This document shows, one piece after another, positions 1-13,700 of a stretch of DNA of 64,000 bases. The first letter of the stretch is position 1; every line of letters starts with the position of its first letter. This DNA comes from Verrucomicrobiota bacterium (lineage in GTDB: Bacteria > Verrucomicrobiota > Verrucomicrobiia > Opitutales > Cerasicoccaceae). Made by a program: the position numbers and the translations under genes. Below the pieces are notes generated by a model. That model was not told the DNA's origin, did not search any database, and saw only the letters and a program-made list of their open reading frames with translations. The stretch spans positions 384,001-448,000 of the forward strand of contig JBCBUK010000001.1 in assembly GCA_039818205.1 (NCBI GenBank), read 5' to 3'.

Positions 1-3000
1 TATTGCCAGCCGTGGTCTTTAAACCGCCATTGACTGTAATCGCCGAACCCGCTGCCAGGAGCAAGTCTGTCACCGCTTCGACCTGTCCAGCAATCTCAAG
101 CGTATCAACTGCCGTTACGTTAATCGAACCACCGGCGAGTATTGGACCGTTGACCAAGATGTTTGCCGCATTGATCGACGTGTCGGTGGCGCTGGTAATT
201 CCACCACCACTCAGGTCGAAATCGCCACCCGCGTTGATAGCCGTTTCAGCACCCGAAACGATGCTTCCTGAAATCGAAGCCGACGTCGTTGAGGTCAAGA
301 CTGCCATGCCACCAGCATTAACCGATCCTTCAACCGAGAGACTATCGTCAGAGCTAACCGATATATCGCCGGTCGAAGAACGGATGTCACCTGAGATTGA
401 GACCGCAAGCTGACCATTGATCGTCACTGAATCGGCGGCAGTGAGCGCGCCATCGATATCGATCAATCCATCGGCATTCACGTTCAACAGGGCTCCTGCA
501 TCGACGCCGCCAGTCACCGAGAGGTTTTGACCGCTCCGCAATGTAACGTTGGCTCCACCATCGATCGATCCACCGATTGTCAGGGCACCAGCGGTATCGG
601 CTGTGATGCTTCCACCCGCCTGCATCGGACCATTGATTAGAACCCCGCTAACCGCATCGACGAGGATCGAGCCATTCGCGCTAACACCGCCGCCAGTCAG
701 AGTGAAGAAGGTTCCTGCAATGAGGTTCGCATCGCCACCTGCATCAATGTCGCCACTAATTGAGAGTGCTTCTGTCGCCGTGATGCCAGCGCTTGAACCA
801 GCATCCACCGAACCATCGAGATCGACGTTTTCGGCCGAGACTATTGTTGAACCCGCAATGGAAGCGATGCTTCCGGTCAAGCTAAGGTCACTCGGCGTGG
901 CGAGTATTACCGAAGTGTTTGCCGAGATGTCACCAGCAATGCTAATCGCTTGGTCGGCTTGGACGTCTATCAATCCTCCTGCGTTGATCGGGCCACCTAC
1001 CGTTAATTCTGCCGCAGCAACAATTTCGACATTACCGTCGGCGTCAACCCCACCGCCAGTCAGTGCAATGTTCTCGCCAGAGAGCGAAACGTTTTCGCCG
1101 GACTGGATGCTGCCAAGGATGTCGAGATCGTCACCTGCATCGAGCGTGGCTCCAAGACCAGTCGTGACGGACCCGATTAACTCGATCGCATCAACCGCGC
1201 TCAGATTCGCTGCTCCCGAGAGAGAGCTCACGTCGCCCGCGATCGTCAGACTAGAGCCGCTAACTAAATTCAAGTTGCCGGCCACTGAAGCTTCGCCCGC
1301 AACCGATAATTGACCATCGGTCGTGATCGCGAGTTCGCCACCAGCAGTAATCGCCCCGTCGATTGAGACGCTTACCGGAGCAGTGATCGACACATCATTT
1401 CCAGCGTCAATACCGCCGTCGACCAGCGAGAAACTAGAACCGCTCTCGGCAACAATCGATTGGCCGGCGGCCAAGCTACCTTCGATAGCAATGGCCCCTA
1501 GCGCGTTGAGCGTGAGATTCGTCGCCGCTTCAACCGCGCCGCCAATCGTAAGGTCGGATCCCGAATCGAGTGTAACCTCGCCCTGCTGAGAATCTAAACT
1601 ACCAGAGATGGTCAGTGCGGCACCCGCATCAAGAACAAGGCCCTGACCAACCTCGACCGATCCAGAAATCTGTAGGCTGCCATCGGTCTCCCCGGTTAGG
1701 CCGCCCGCAGCCGTAATCTGTCCACCGATCGTGGCACCGCTTGTGGCAAGCAGGTCAATCGATCCACCCGAGCTGATTCCACCGCTCGAAAGCGTGAACT
1801 GACCTTCCGTGGAAATGCTTACCGCACTACCAGCGCTGACCGCGTCTTGAACCTCGATCAGGTCATTCGCCGAAAGGACGAGAGTTCCACCGGAGTCTAG
1901 TGCGCCGGAGACCAGAATTGTTCCGTTGGTCGAATCGAAGCTCAAAGAGCCACCTGCGGTCACTGAACCGGAGACCGAAAGCGCGTCATCAACGACAACA
2001 TCAACTGAGCTTGTCGAGTCAATGGACCCACCAAAGCTCGCCGATTCAGCTACAACGCTAACGCTGTTCGCATCCAAGGTTCCATTCATCGCAAGGGCAC
2101 CACCTGCGTTGGCATTCAACGCACCAGCGACCACTAGCGGACCGCTTAAGCTCAACGTTGTATCTGCCATCAAGTCAAGTGAGGCGCCCATCGATGCGCC
2201 GCCCAAGATGGTAATCGATTCGGCTTGAACCAATGAATCTGTGCCGCCCGCAATGGACTGTGCGCTCAAGGCATTCGTCGCAGTGAGTCTCAGAGCGCCG
2301 GCCGTGGACGCGAGTGCTGCAGTGGAAACCAATGAGCCTCCCGAATTGATCGTTAGATCATTTCCAGCGGTGAGCGCTCCGTACAACTCAAGGTCACCCG
2401 CAGTGTCAATCTCGATTGCGCCACCTACCGATAGCGTCTGTGCCAGAGTCGTTTTGGTAAGTGCACCCGCCTTCAAGCTGACTTCCGTCGTTGCGACAAG
2501 TGCTCCCCGAAGGTCAAGAGCACCCAGCGCGTCGAGATGCAGCCTCGTTCCGGCCGCAATCGACTCGCCGAGTCCCAAATGGATATCCCCTGCCGCATCA
2601 ACGTTGACGGCCTCACCGGCGACAAGGTCACCTGAAGAGGTCAAAGAACCACCGATCACCAAACCAATCGACCCTGCCGCATTGAGTGAGGCCTCAAGGT
2701 CATCCTGTTCATTCAGAACAATGGATCCCGCGGAAGCGGTTGCCGCAATCACTTGCAAGGCGGTTTCGAGTTCAAGGATCGCGTTACCTGCGACTGCGTT
2801 GAGTTCGCGAGCGACAATGTCGGCTTCACTATCGTTACCAAGCTCCAGGATGGACCCACCTGCAGCCAGATCGATACTACCCGTGCTACCCGCATCAACC
2901 TCGTCGACTAGCAGGTTGCCACTAGCATCAATACGAATCACTCCGCCAGCTGATGTGGCTTCGCGAATCGTTGCGTCACCCTGTACAACCACATCAATGA

Positions 3001-6000
3001 TGCCGGATGCGATCAAGATGAGTTCAGCACTTTGGTCGAGGCTGAGGATCAAATTGGTGCCTTCCAAGGTCAGACTACCAGCAGCAATTTCCAGGTTACG
3101 ATCTGGGTCGGTGGTGCTTCCGATATTACCACCGGCCTTGAGTTTAACCGAGCTGGCAATTAGATCGTCGGCGGTATCGGTTGCGGATACCTCAAGGATG
3201 TCGCCGCCAGCTTCAAGCTCGATATTACCAGTCGAAGACGCATCGATCAGGCTGACCAAAATGTCTTCTGAAGCAGCCAAGCGATAGTCACCGCTATTGG
3301 ACGCAACTAGGCTTTCTACAGTTAGCTGGCCAGTCACTTCGATGCCTACATTGTCGACAGCGGCAGTCAAGTTGAGCGCAACTTGCGAGTTCAGGTAAAG
3401 CGCCGTGGCATTCGCATCAATGCTTCCAGCAGAAGTCTCAATCTGTTGCCCAGCCGATCCAATTGAGCCGCCAGCCTTCAAGACAAGACTTTGAGCAAGT
3501 AGATCGGTATCCGCATCATCCGGGTTGAGTTCCGAAATACTGTCTCCGGCGTCAAGAATGATCTGTCCGGCCGCACCAGCCTCAATCAATCCCACGATCA
3601 CTCCGGTGCCAGCCGTCAAATCGATCGTGCTCGTTGCACCACTAGTCGAGGAGACAACTCGGTTTGCCTGGAGTAAGCCGCCCGCCGAAACCACTATCGG
3701 TCCGTTGGCCGATGTCACATTTCGCAAGGTCAAGCTGTCCGTCTCTGCAACTTCGATTGAGCCAAGCTGGGTCGTAATCGCCGAGAGCTCATCAACCGTC
3801 GTTGTCAAGTCGATGGCGCCACCTGCGGCAACTTCGAGAAGCGCACCGCTCACAGTCGCTTCGACCGTGCCATTTGCAGTTACAAGGACATCTCCAGAGC
3901 TACCCGCGTCGACGACAAGGTCTTCAATATTGCCATTTGTCGCATCAAGGCTGATCGAATTGAACGCGCTCGATCCGGAGACGGTGACCGCTGTGCCAGT
4001 CAAGCCGCTGATGCTATCGGCAATGATCGAGATAGGACCGTTTGCTGCGGTGACGTTGCCAACAACGATCGCGCCCTCGTCGGCGATCCGGATGGCTCCG
4101 GCACCCGTGGAAACCAGCGTGGCCGTTCCGACCGTCGTGGTCACGTCGATGCCTCCGGTCGCGGTGACACCCAAAGTCGCTGCATCCAGCTCGAAGGGCT
4201 GTGCGCCGACCGGAACATTCACCATCCGAACGTTGCCAGCGGCGTTCAAGGTCAGCTGTGAACCCGCATCGATGTTTCCAAGGTCGAGGTCGGTGCCCGT
4301 AAGCGAGATGGTGCCGGTCGTCGCTACGTCCAGAGCAATCAAGCGGCCACCGCTAACTACGTTGATCGGCCCGGCAGTTTCGAGATCCAAGATCTCGAGT
4401 CCATCAGTTTCATTCAAAGTAAACGAGGTGCCGTTCGCGTCCAACTTGGTCACGGCGGTCTTAAGGTTGACCGTCGAGCCTGCATTGATCTTGAGCTCAT
4501 CACCGGTGATCAAACCGTTTGTGCTCATACGAATTGCGCCGTTCGCCTGTAAGCTCAAATCGCCCAGGGATCCGGCATTGACCGTTCCGATTTCGAGCAC
4601 TCCCGTGCCTGCCCCTAACTCAATGTCGTTGAAGTCAGAGTTGGTTTGCGAACGTGCGGTCTTTACGATCAGGCCGTTGGCCGAGATTCGGATCAAGCCA
4701 TCAACCGTTTCGGCTTGGTCAACGGTTAGTTGACCACTTGAAGTCGCCGCAAGGCTACCTTCGCCGGTCATGACTGCATCCAAGATACTGTATTCTCCTG
4801 AGAGCTGGGCTCCCGCGCTGCGAACGGTTAGCTTGTTCGCCTTCACGCTTGTGGAAGCACCTTCGCCTGCAGTGATCGAAATATCTGCCCCAACAGACTC
4901 AACTGCATCAAGTGTGATCCGGCCTTCGGCATCCAAAGTGATCGAATTACCGTCACCCACGATTCCGCCACCATTCAGATCCCCCGCAACGGCTATGTTG
5001 ATGAGGCCATTTGCATCGATCCGATCGATGAGCAGATCGCTGACATTGGAAACTCGCAGGTCACTACCAGCGACTGCCGTCACTGTCTCCAGATCAAGTT
5101 CGAGGTCGAGGCTGCGGTCAGTTGAACCGCCGATCCGGTTACCGGCACTCAGGTCGGCGACACCCGCGATGAGGTCGGCCTCTGAATCGTTGCCCGCTCC
5201 ACCGATCTCACGGATGTATCCAGCCGCCCGGGCGATGATTGAGCCAGATGCTCCTGCATCGATCAGATCAATGATGAGATTGCCGCTATCACCGGTTCCG
5301 CTATTTGCAATCAACTCGATTGTGCCTTCCAACTCGCTGATCACTGAATTCACGGTAATCGTTCCACCTGCCGTTAGTGAAAGGTCTCCGTTGCGCACAC
5401 TCACTGAGTTCAGAATGATCGCATCGGCTTCAGTAATCGCGACATCACCTTGGCTGGTTGTCGTCAAATCCAACGAATCGACATCGGTATTCACGTTGAT
5501 GCTGCCCGCAGCAGTCACGCCCAAAGTGTTTGCCGTGATCACGCCGGGCGTTCCACCGTTGCCCACAATCGAACCATTGATATCGATTGAAACGTTGCCC
5601 GTTCCCGCGTTGATATCCCCAATGATTAGGTTTCCGTTTCCTCCGGTCTGCGTGGAAAGTGAGATATCGCCACCTGCGCTATCAATATTCGCCGCGTTTA
5701 TCGACCCACCGGCAACTACGGTAAGGTCGCCTCCGATCAGATCGATATCCGTGAGAACAATGTTGTCTTGCTCTCGAACAGTGATTGCCTGGCCGGCTTC
5801 CACGCTCGCGGTGAGACTGCCAATGACCGTATCGATGTCGATTGGGCCCTCGGCATTGATCGTGATAGCATCGCCACTTAGTAGACCGCCTACTGCGGTC
5901 GTGACGCTCCCGGAGGTCGCGGTCAAGGTAACATCACCGCGGAGTCCAGCGTCCAGATTCTCGATGACGATGTCTCCAGTTTCAGATTCGAGAGTGACAT

Positions 6001-9000
6001 CGTTCGTGTCTCGGTCGATCGGGGAAACGAGATTCTCAACCGTGATAGTACCCGTGGCGCTTAGGTCGACGACGCCATCGCCAACAGAAATGTCACCGAG
6101 GGTGACTGGGCCCGAAAGCTCGCCTGTGAGATCGCCAGCTCCATCGATCGTAACGTTTAGAACACTGATCGAACCCGTTCCAAGGTCAACATTGGCCAGG
6201 TCGCCATCAATTGGTGTTGGGCCAGCAATGACAGTGACCGTTCCCCCGTATACATTTGAATCCACTCCGCTACCCGCAGTCAGATTTACATCGCCGCCCT
6301 GCGCGTTGATCGTATCAATCGTGATCGCGCCGCTACCAGCATTGAGGGTGACGGTCTGACCTGAAGTTTGCAGAAGCTGACCGGTGATATTGCCATCGGT
6401 GAAGAGGTTGACTTCTTGCGTCGTGATCAGTGTTCCAATGTCGATGTCACCCGCTCCCGCGAAGTCGATGTAAACCGCTGCTCCAGACAGGCTCGTGATT
6501 CGCTCGATACTGATCTCTGGGTTCCGGTCGGCATCAATGCCTACTCCAATGTTTCTACCAGCGATTATCGATCCGGTCTGAGCGACCAGATCGAACTCAT
6601 CATCAACGGCGACAATCTCAATGATATCGCGACCAGCGTTTAGTAAGACGTTACCCGTTTCACCCGCACTCACGTAACCGAGTTCCAAGTCGCCACCCGT
6701 GGTGATGTCTACACGTTGGCCATCAGCCACAACGTCAAGTGCACGAAGCGCATCGGCTTCATTCAAGGTCAGGTTGCCTGCTCCAGTAACCGCGTTGATC
6801 GAAGCGACATGGGTGCGAAGATCAATTCCCGTGGCAGCATTGACCGTTAGATCCGATCCGGCTATTCGCGCGGTCGCATGGGTGGTCCGAACTGATCCGC
6901 TCTCAGCGGTTGCTTCAATCGAACCGCTCGCTTGGACTCCGTTGCGCAGCGTGATACTTCCCGAGACTACACCCGCTTCCAGAACAATATTACCAGCAGT
7001 GAGCTGGTTGGCAGTAATGCTACCGGAGCCATCGCGACCAGCAAGCAGAGCGAGTTGAACATCGGCTGTAACTGAGCCGTTCAATATAATTCCGTCATCC
7101 GTGGAGATCGTTATATCGGCTGCGTCACCGCTAATACCGGCGATTGAGCCGTTGAGCGTTAGGCCACTCTCAGTCACGATCTCAACTGAACCAGAGGAGC
7201 GAATATTTCCGCCAACACTGATCGTATCTGCAGCGCTCAAATCGACAGACTCAGAACCGGTGAGATCGCCGCTTATCGTCAATCCTTGGTTGGTCGCTAG
7301 ACGGATGTTCTTTGAAGTCAGGCTATCGCCGGATGCAATCGTAAGCGCATCTCCCGTAGTAATCTCGATACTCTCGGAAGCGGTTAGGCTGTTAAACTGT
7401 GCTCGGACTGATTTGCGTGCGGTTAAAGCCACGGATGCCGAGGCATTCAAAGTTGTGTTGGTAATGTCGACCGAGCCACCGAACAGGTTGACCCCATCGT
7501 CCGAATATCCAAGCGATGCGAGAACAATGTTCGCAGCATTGAGCGTGGTTGGGTTCGAGGTGGTGCCAAGCGCAAGATTGTTGCCCACGGAAACATCAAT
7601 CAAATTGCTGACCGTGAGGTCGTCCAACTGCGCCGTCAGGTTCTTTCGCGCATTGAAGCTGACCGAGTCCGTTGCATTGATCGTTGTCGCGGCGACATCG
7701 ATGTTACCACCCTGCCAGGTTCCGCCATTGTCAATAAAACCGGTCGAAACCAAGCGTACGTTCTTAGCTGCGATCGTCGCGCTACCCAACTGAATGTCTT
7801 CGCCGGAGATAATCTCAACGAGATCATTCGTCGAAAGGTCCAGGTTTCCGCTAATTGAACGGTTCGCGATCAAGCTCAGACTACTGGTTGCGGAGAAGTT
7901 CCCCGTTAGATTCAATGAACCGCCCGTGTAGATGCCCGTGTCATTAAAGTAGCCAGTGGATCCCAAGCTGATCGAGGCCGCCGACAGATTGCTGTTGAGA
8001 ATCAGGTTTCCACCCGAAGAGAGGTTGATCTCACTGTTTGCACCAGTGACGGAGATATTGAGGTTCGCGCCAAAAATCTCGCGCTGAGCATTCAGTGTGA
8101 CCGCCTCGGAGGCATCGAATGAGGCACCGTCTTCGACAATGATGTTACCAAGAGAGACATCGTCAAAGATTTGGCGGAGGTTCAATGACGCTGGATTGCT
8201 GATCGGCGTATAGTCGCGCTGGATCACATCGCGAAGTGCGGCCAACTCAGCTGCATCCGTGATCTGCGGGAACGAAGTTAAGAAAGCACCCGTTCCCGGA
8301 TTCTGACGTCGGTAAATATCGCCATTGGATTCGTCGACCCAGAAGGTGAAGCCTGTGTTGTCTTCATAGAGAACCACCGAGGCACTGCCGATCGTCGTTC
8401 GAGTCAATCCGAAGAAATCACCAAACTGATTCTCCAAATACTCGACACCAGCTGGCGTCTCCCAAACCGCCAGGCCTGCCGAATCCTGACGTGCTTGCTT
8501 TGTAATTGTCAGCATTGGGATCAGGTCGAGGTCTTGCGGTGCCACCACACTCTCAAGGACATTTCCGTTGAGAACGAAGACTGAGCCACCAATAAGATCC
8601 GGCGAATCCTTGTAGTAGACATTACCCTGCGATTGGAATCGGTAGAGTCCGATCAAGCTACCGTCGGCAAAATTCTTTTTAGCAAGCGTCGTGCGATCGA
8701 CGGATGCCTCAACAAGCGAGCCACTTTGGAGGCGGTAGATGAGCCCAGTATCCGCGTTGCGGCTATCCTTGTAATAGGTGCTACCGTTCGCTTCGAATTG
8801 ATAGAGACCAACCAGCAACGGATTACTGCTCTCAGCGATAAAGTGCGGCTGCGAAATCTGGTTGCCGCGAGCAATCAGAGAAACTTCTTTGAGCTGGCCG
8901 CCGGATTGGCCCGAGATGCTTCCAGTCAGATTGATGTTGCCAGCATTCGCAATGACCTCAACCAGATCGGTTCCCCGCAGGTCACCGTCGATCGTAATCG

Positions 9001-10700
9001 ATTCACCCGACTCAAGGATGATCGTTCGCGCGCTGAAGCTGAGTGCTTCACCAGCAGTGCCGATCGTTGCGCCCGCACGGAACTCAAGGCGATCGGGTGC
9101 GCGGACATCACCAAAGAGACTAATATCGCGTCCAGCATTAAGGATGACTCCCGAACCGGCTTCTAGCGTTTCGTTGCCACTGAACTCGTTGATTACGATG
9201 TCCCCGGCAATTGCTCCGAGGGTAACGGAATGACCCGATCCAAGCGCCGTAATGCGTCCCTGAGTGAGGGTTGCCGTGCCATTGTTGTCTTGCAAGAAGC
9301 CAACTTGTAATGTCTCCGCAGCTTCGATCGTAACGTCGCCGTTGGCCGCCGTTACCGATTGAATGTTCAAACCGAAATCAGGAGCAAATGGTGCAGCTCG
9401 ATCAGATATTTCAATATCTCCAGCGCCTGTAACCGTTGCACGGATCAAGGTGTCGAGTGCCGTGTCCAGCCCCAGGATACCCGTTCTCGCATCGAACTCA
9501 GCATCAAGAGCAATGATGTCGACTTCGTCGCTATCATCTAGATCACGAATGCGAGCGGCGGAATCCAGAACCACTCGCCCAAATGAGGAGAGTGGGAAGT
9601 CTTGTGCCAACAACTCATCGCGGGCGGCTTCTGACTCAATATAGCCGCCAGCATTGATCAGGCCAACGATGATGTCGCCGCTAGTCGTTTCGAGGGTAAC
9701 GGAATCGAACGTCTCAGTTCCACCGGACGACGTTCGGCTATTGGCCAAGAGATCAATGCGCTCCGCGGTGATCGCCCCACCCGCTTTCAGTTCAAACGAA
9801 CCATCCAGGATGGTCGCCGCGTGAATGGTGATGGCATTGCGCTCATCGATTTCAATACTCGTGTCACCAAACGTAGTCTCGAGGGTCAGCCCAGCAACGT
9901 CAGTGCGTAGGTCAATGGCGGCATCGTTCGCGCCAGCGGCTTCGACGATCAACTGGTCGGCCTTGACCCAATACCAGGTGCCGTTCAACTGGGCGTGACT
10001 GAGTTCGCCTTGAACGTAGAATGAAACGTCGCCCTGGCCACCGGCCTCGACTCGGCGAACGATCAAATCAGCCTCGTTGGTTTTGAGGTCATTCGTTGAA
10101 AGGACGCGTGATGGATCAATGGTCGAAATCGTGATATCGTTCGCATCGGTGGTCCCCAATGTGTGGACTAAGCGGGCATCAACGTCGCCCAAAGCCTCGA
10201 TGCTAATTGAACCATTCTGCGCCGTGATGTTATCAAGCACCAAGTTGTCTGCTTCGGTAATCTCAATGTCGCCCGCCGCAGTTACCACTGCGACCAGTCG
10301 ACCTACCTCGGTATTCGCGACAATTCCGTCGCGAGCAGAGATGTTTAATTGATCCGCAACGATTTTACCACGTAAGTGTTCCACTTCGCCGCGCTGAGCC
10401 GTCAGGAAGATGTTACCGCTGTCGGCGATCAAGTCTGTATCGGCGAGAATCAGATCACCACCGTTGACGCCGCTGTCCAGGTCAATGATTGCGTTGTTAT
10501 TAAGAACACGAAGAATACCTTGGACATTGCCCGTCTGGCTCCCCACCCGAGTGGAACCACCGCTTCCCGCGGTTGAATCGATGCGGTTTCCAGCGGTAAT
10601 CTCTCCAAAGAGATCGATATTGGCATCGGCGTCGATATCAACGCGATCGACCGCCGTGACAAATCCGTCGATCAAAACATTGTCGGTTGCGTCAATGAAT
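1..10700 (-). repeat. Filamentous-haemagglutinin-like beta-helix repeat region of the giant protein
   Basis: G/A/T/D/I/V/L-rich translation. About 18-residue rungs at 1-2800 (xAGxxxxxxGxLxAxxxxxL pattern). Recurring units of roughly 100 aa (LxAxxGIG...LxTxVxxLxA...IxIxExDxLxL) at 3000-10700. Confidence 0.7.
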
Positions 10701-13700
10701 ACTCGGTTGGTTGTCGAGTCAGTGGTTATCGAAATCGCAGCACCGGCCAGTTGGGCACTGATAGTGAACCAAGCTCCGGCGAAAACCAGGGTACCCTCAT
10801 CATTGATCTGAACGTCAATGCGGCCGAATCCAGCCTCGCTAATCGCAGTGACAATCGCTTCTTCAAGTTCTTCAAGAGTCGTGAAACCGCTCGTGCTTGC
10901 GGCTGATATCGAAACCTTAGCCGACGGCAAAGTAGTAGTTTCCAGCGTTAACTCGAGGTTACCGGTCAGTCGATAATTGCTGTCGGCTATGTCCGAGACA
11001 TCAATCGTTTTCACGACCTGACCAACCTGAGCCGCTTGCTCAATGTTCACATCCCCGCTTGAGGCCAGACGAATCTCACCACGCGCTTTGAGAACGGCAT
11101 TCGCCGCGATACTGTCTTCTGCCGAGCTTCCGGCTGGCAACGAGCCACCGACATTTGTTTCGGCGCCGGACGATACATTGATCTCAGCGCCTGAGGCTGT
11201 CGCGTTGATAATCGCTCCAATCTTCGCAAGGTTGCCCGCTTCGATACGTATATTTCCGAGGTTTGAAACGACTGACTCACTTTCGAATACTCCGAAGTTA
11301 ACGTCGCGTTCATCTTCTGGAACACGTTCGTACTCGGTGATGACGCGGTCTTGGTATACCGTCTCCGTGATCCAATTATTGCGCGTGACGGTGCGCTCCT
11401 CGTATTGAGTCTCGGTAACTTCTTGGAACTGGATGACATCGTCTTCGATGATTTCCGGATTGGTTACTACCTGATAGTTGAAGTGGGTCCGGGCATCGGT
11501 GACATCCTTCCAATCATACACCCAACGAGTCTCGTAGTGCTTACGGTCTTCGAATAGGTCAACCCGCTTATACTCCGTGTAAGGTCGGGAGGAATACTGC
11601 TCGTTTGAGTAGATTGCTTGTGGTCGTGGATTCGACTGGCTGGTGTTACCTTGTGGAACTCCATTGAGCGTCCACTCGAGGTCTTGCTGCCAATAGTCGT
11701 TGTTGCTGCTGTGACCACCAGAAACCTGAACGTTACGCCCATCGTCGACACGCTTACCTTGATACTGCCACTCGAAGTCGACCGCGACCTGATCCCAACT
11801 ACGGGTTGCCGTGTCGGCGACAAAGCGACGCTCATCGTAGCGAGATGTGATCGAATTCGTGCCGTTGGCGCGAGTCGTTGCATTGGTCGAGTCGGTTTTG
11901 AAGACGTTGGTCAAACGCTCAACGGTGAAATCGGTGCCATTCTCGTCGAAAGCGAGATCGGTCGGCAGGTTGTCGACGTCGACAAAATTCCCTCCTGCAT
12001 CGACGAACACGCGGCCATGGTTTACGCCACTATCTGTCACCCGAACATAAAAATCGTATTGTCCCGTGTTGGTCCAGTGGACATCGGTGTCGCGCGGATC
12101 AACCGTCGTCCCGCCGTCCTTATCGAATCCAACCTTCCAGTGATCTCCAGTCTCATTGGTACCACGAGAAACGTCTGCCGAGTCACCCGTGTAAACCGTG
12201 GCTGTGGCCGTCCACGGAACATTGACTCTCCGCAGGTTAAGGAATCCTGTGCGGCGCTCATCAACCCCTGAAGTGCTTCCGGTAATTGAGTAGTTCTCAA
12301 TCGATGTGCCTTCGAGATTGTTATCAAAGTCATCGAACGCGCCGCCAGAGATGAGTACGATGTCGAAGTCATAGTTACCAACATTGACCGTAGTTGTTCC
12401 CAAAACGGTACCGGAGGGATAACCATCGGCGCCCTGCGAGACCTTATCGGCAGTTGCCGAATCCGGAGCCGTATCGTTGTCACTGATGAGGAACTCAACA
12501 TCGTAAAGGATCGGGTAGTCCGAACCGAGCCATTCGTTAAAGGTTCCCTTAAAGATCGAGACATTGCGGGCAACCTCATCCGCATAGGTTGGGATCTGGC
12601 GCTGATTGATCGAGTTCGAATTAAGCCCGTCGATCTCTTTGTCGGCCCTGGCATTGAAGTCCCAAACGAACGCGCCACTATTGTTGTCCCAATTCAAGTC
12701 GTAGATACTGCTCAGTATCCGAGTCAGATTACCGTAAATGGCTTCATCGATTAGATCCTGATCCGCATCTTCGCCCACCGTACTTGACTCCGGTAGGAGA
12801 ACATATTGACCGAGTTCTTCGACGTAACGGGTCTTAAAGTTGTTACTCGCCCAGTAACTTGGAGCGTCAGCATAATCATAGGTCGTGGTACCACTCGCCT
12901 CGTTCAGCTGCACGTCTCGGTGTGAATTATCTGCCTCAAAGACATACCATTCACGCCAGTACTGGCTATTCGATCCCGTCGGCTTTTGAACACCAGTCTG
13001 GAAATTTGCATCGCGAGTATCATCAGGATTGTTCAGCTGAGCACGCGCATCAAGGAAGTCTGAAATCGTCAGATTCGCATCACTGAGACTTCCCCAGGTA
13101 CTGTTCCAGCGGCTTTGCCATGTGCTATTAATGAACGCATTTGAATCGATACGAGTATTGAGATCGACACTCTCCTTCCAACCTTGGAACCACCAACCGA
13201 TCTGGTGAATATCTGCATTGGCATCAATCCTGGTTTGTCCAATAACTTCGTTGGATGTTGGGTCATTGGAGACAAAAATCGACTTCTTAATGTCCGTCGC
13301 TGGATCTAAACCATCTGGAACCCGAACGTAATAATCCGGACGCTCAGCCGCTGGCAACTGGTCGTAAACATCTCCGAGGATATGTGAGACGTGGACGATC
13401 TTCGAATTCGCATCAGTTAGCGTAGAAACGTGCCAATCGGGAACCCAAATAAAGCCATCGTTCGCGCGAGAGAAGTGTGCTTCAAAGTCCGTAGTCGCGA
13501 TATAGGCGAAGCCGGAATAAGTAGATCCTGGGATTTCGTCGATCTGGTTTGCCGCCGACGCACCGTTGTTAAAGTCCGTCAAGCTGCTCCGCTTGATCAG
13601 AGTCAGGTCGATACCATTTTTGACGGTAAATACCTCGCCCGAACCGAGGACATAGTTGAGGTCGTACAATTTCCGGTATCCATCCTCGCCGCCTGCGATG

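Noticed and set aside
12850..13430. Possible break, intergenic gap or insertion in the giant gene where composition changes
   Set aside because: Hand translation shows the same frame stays open with protein-like, Trp-rich sequence.
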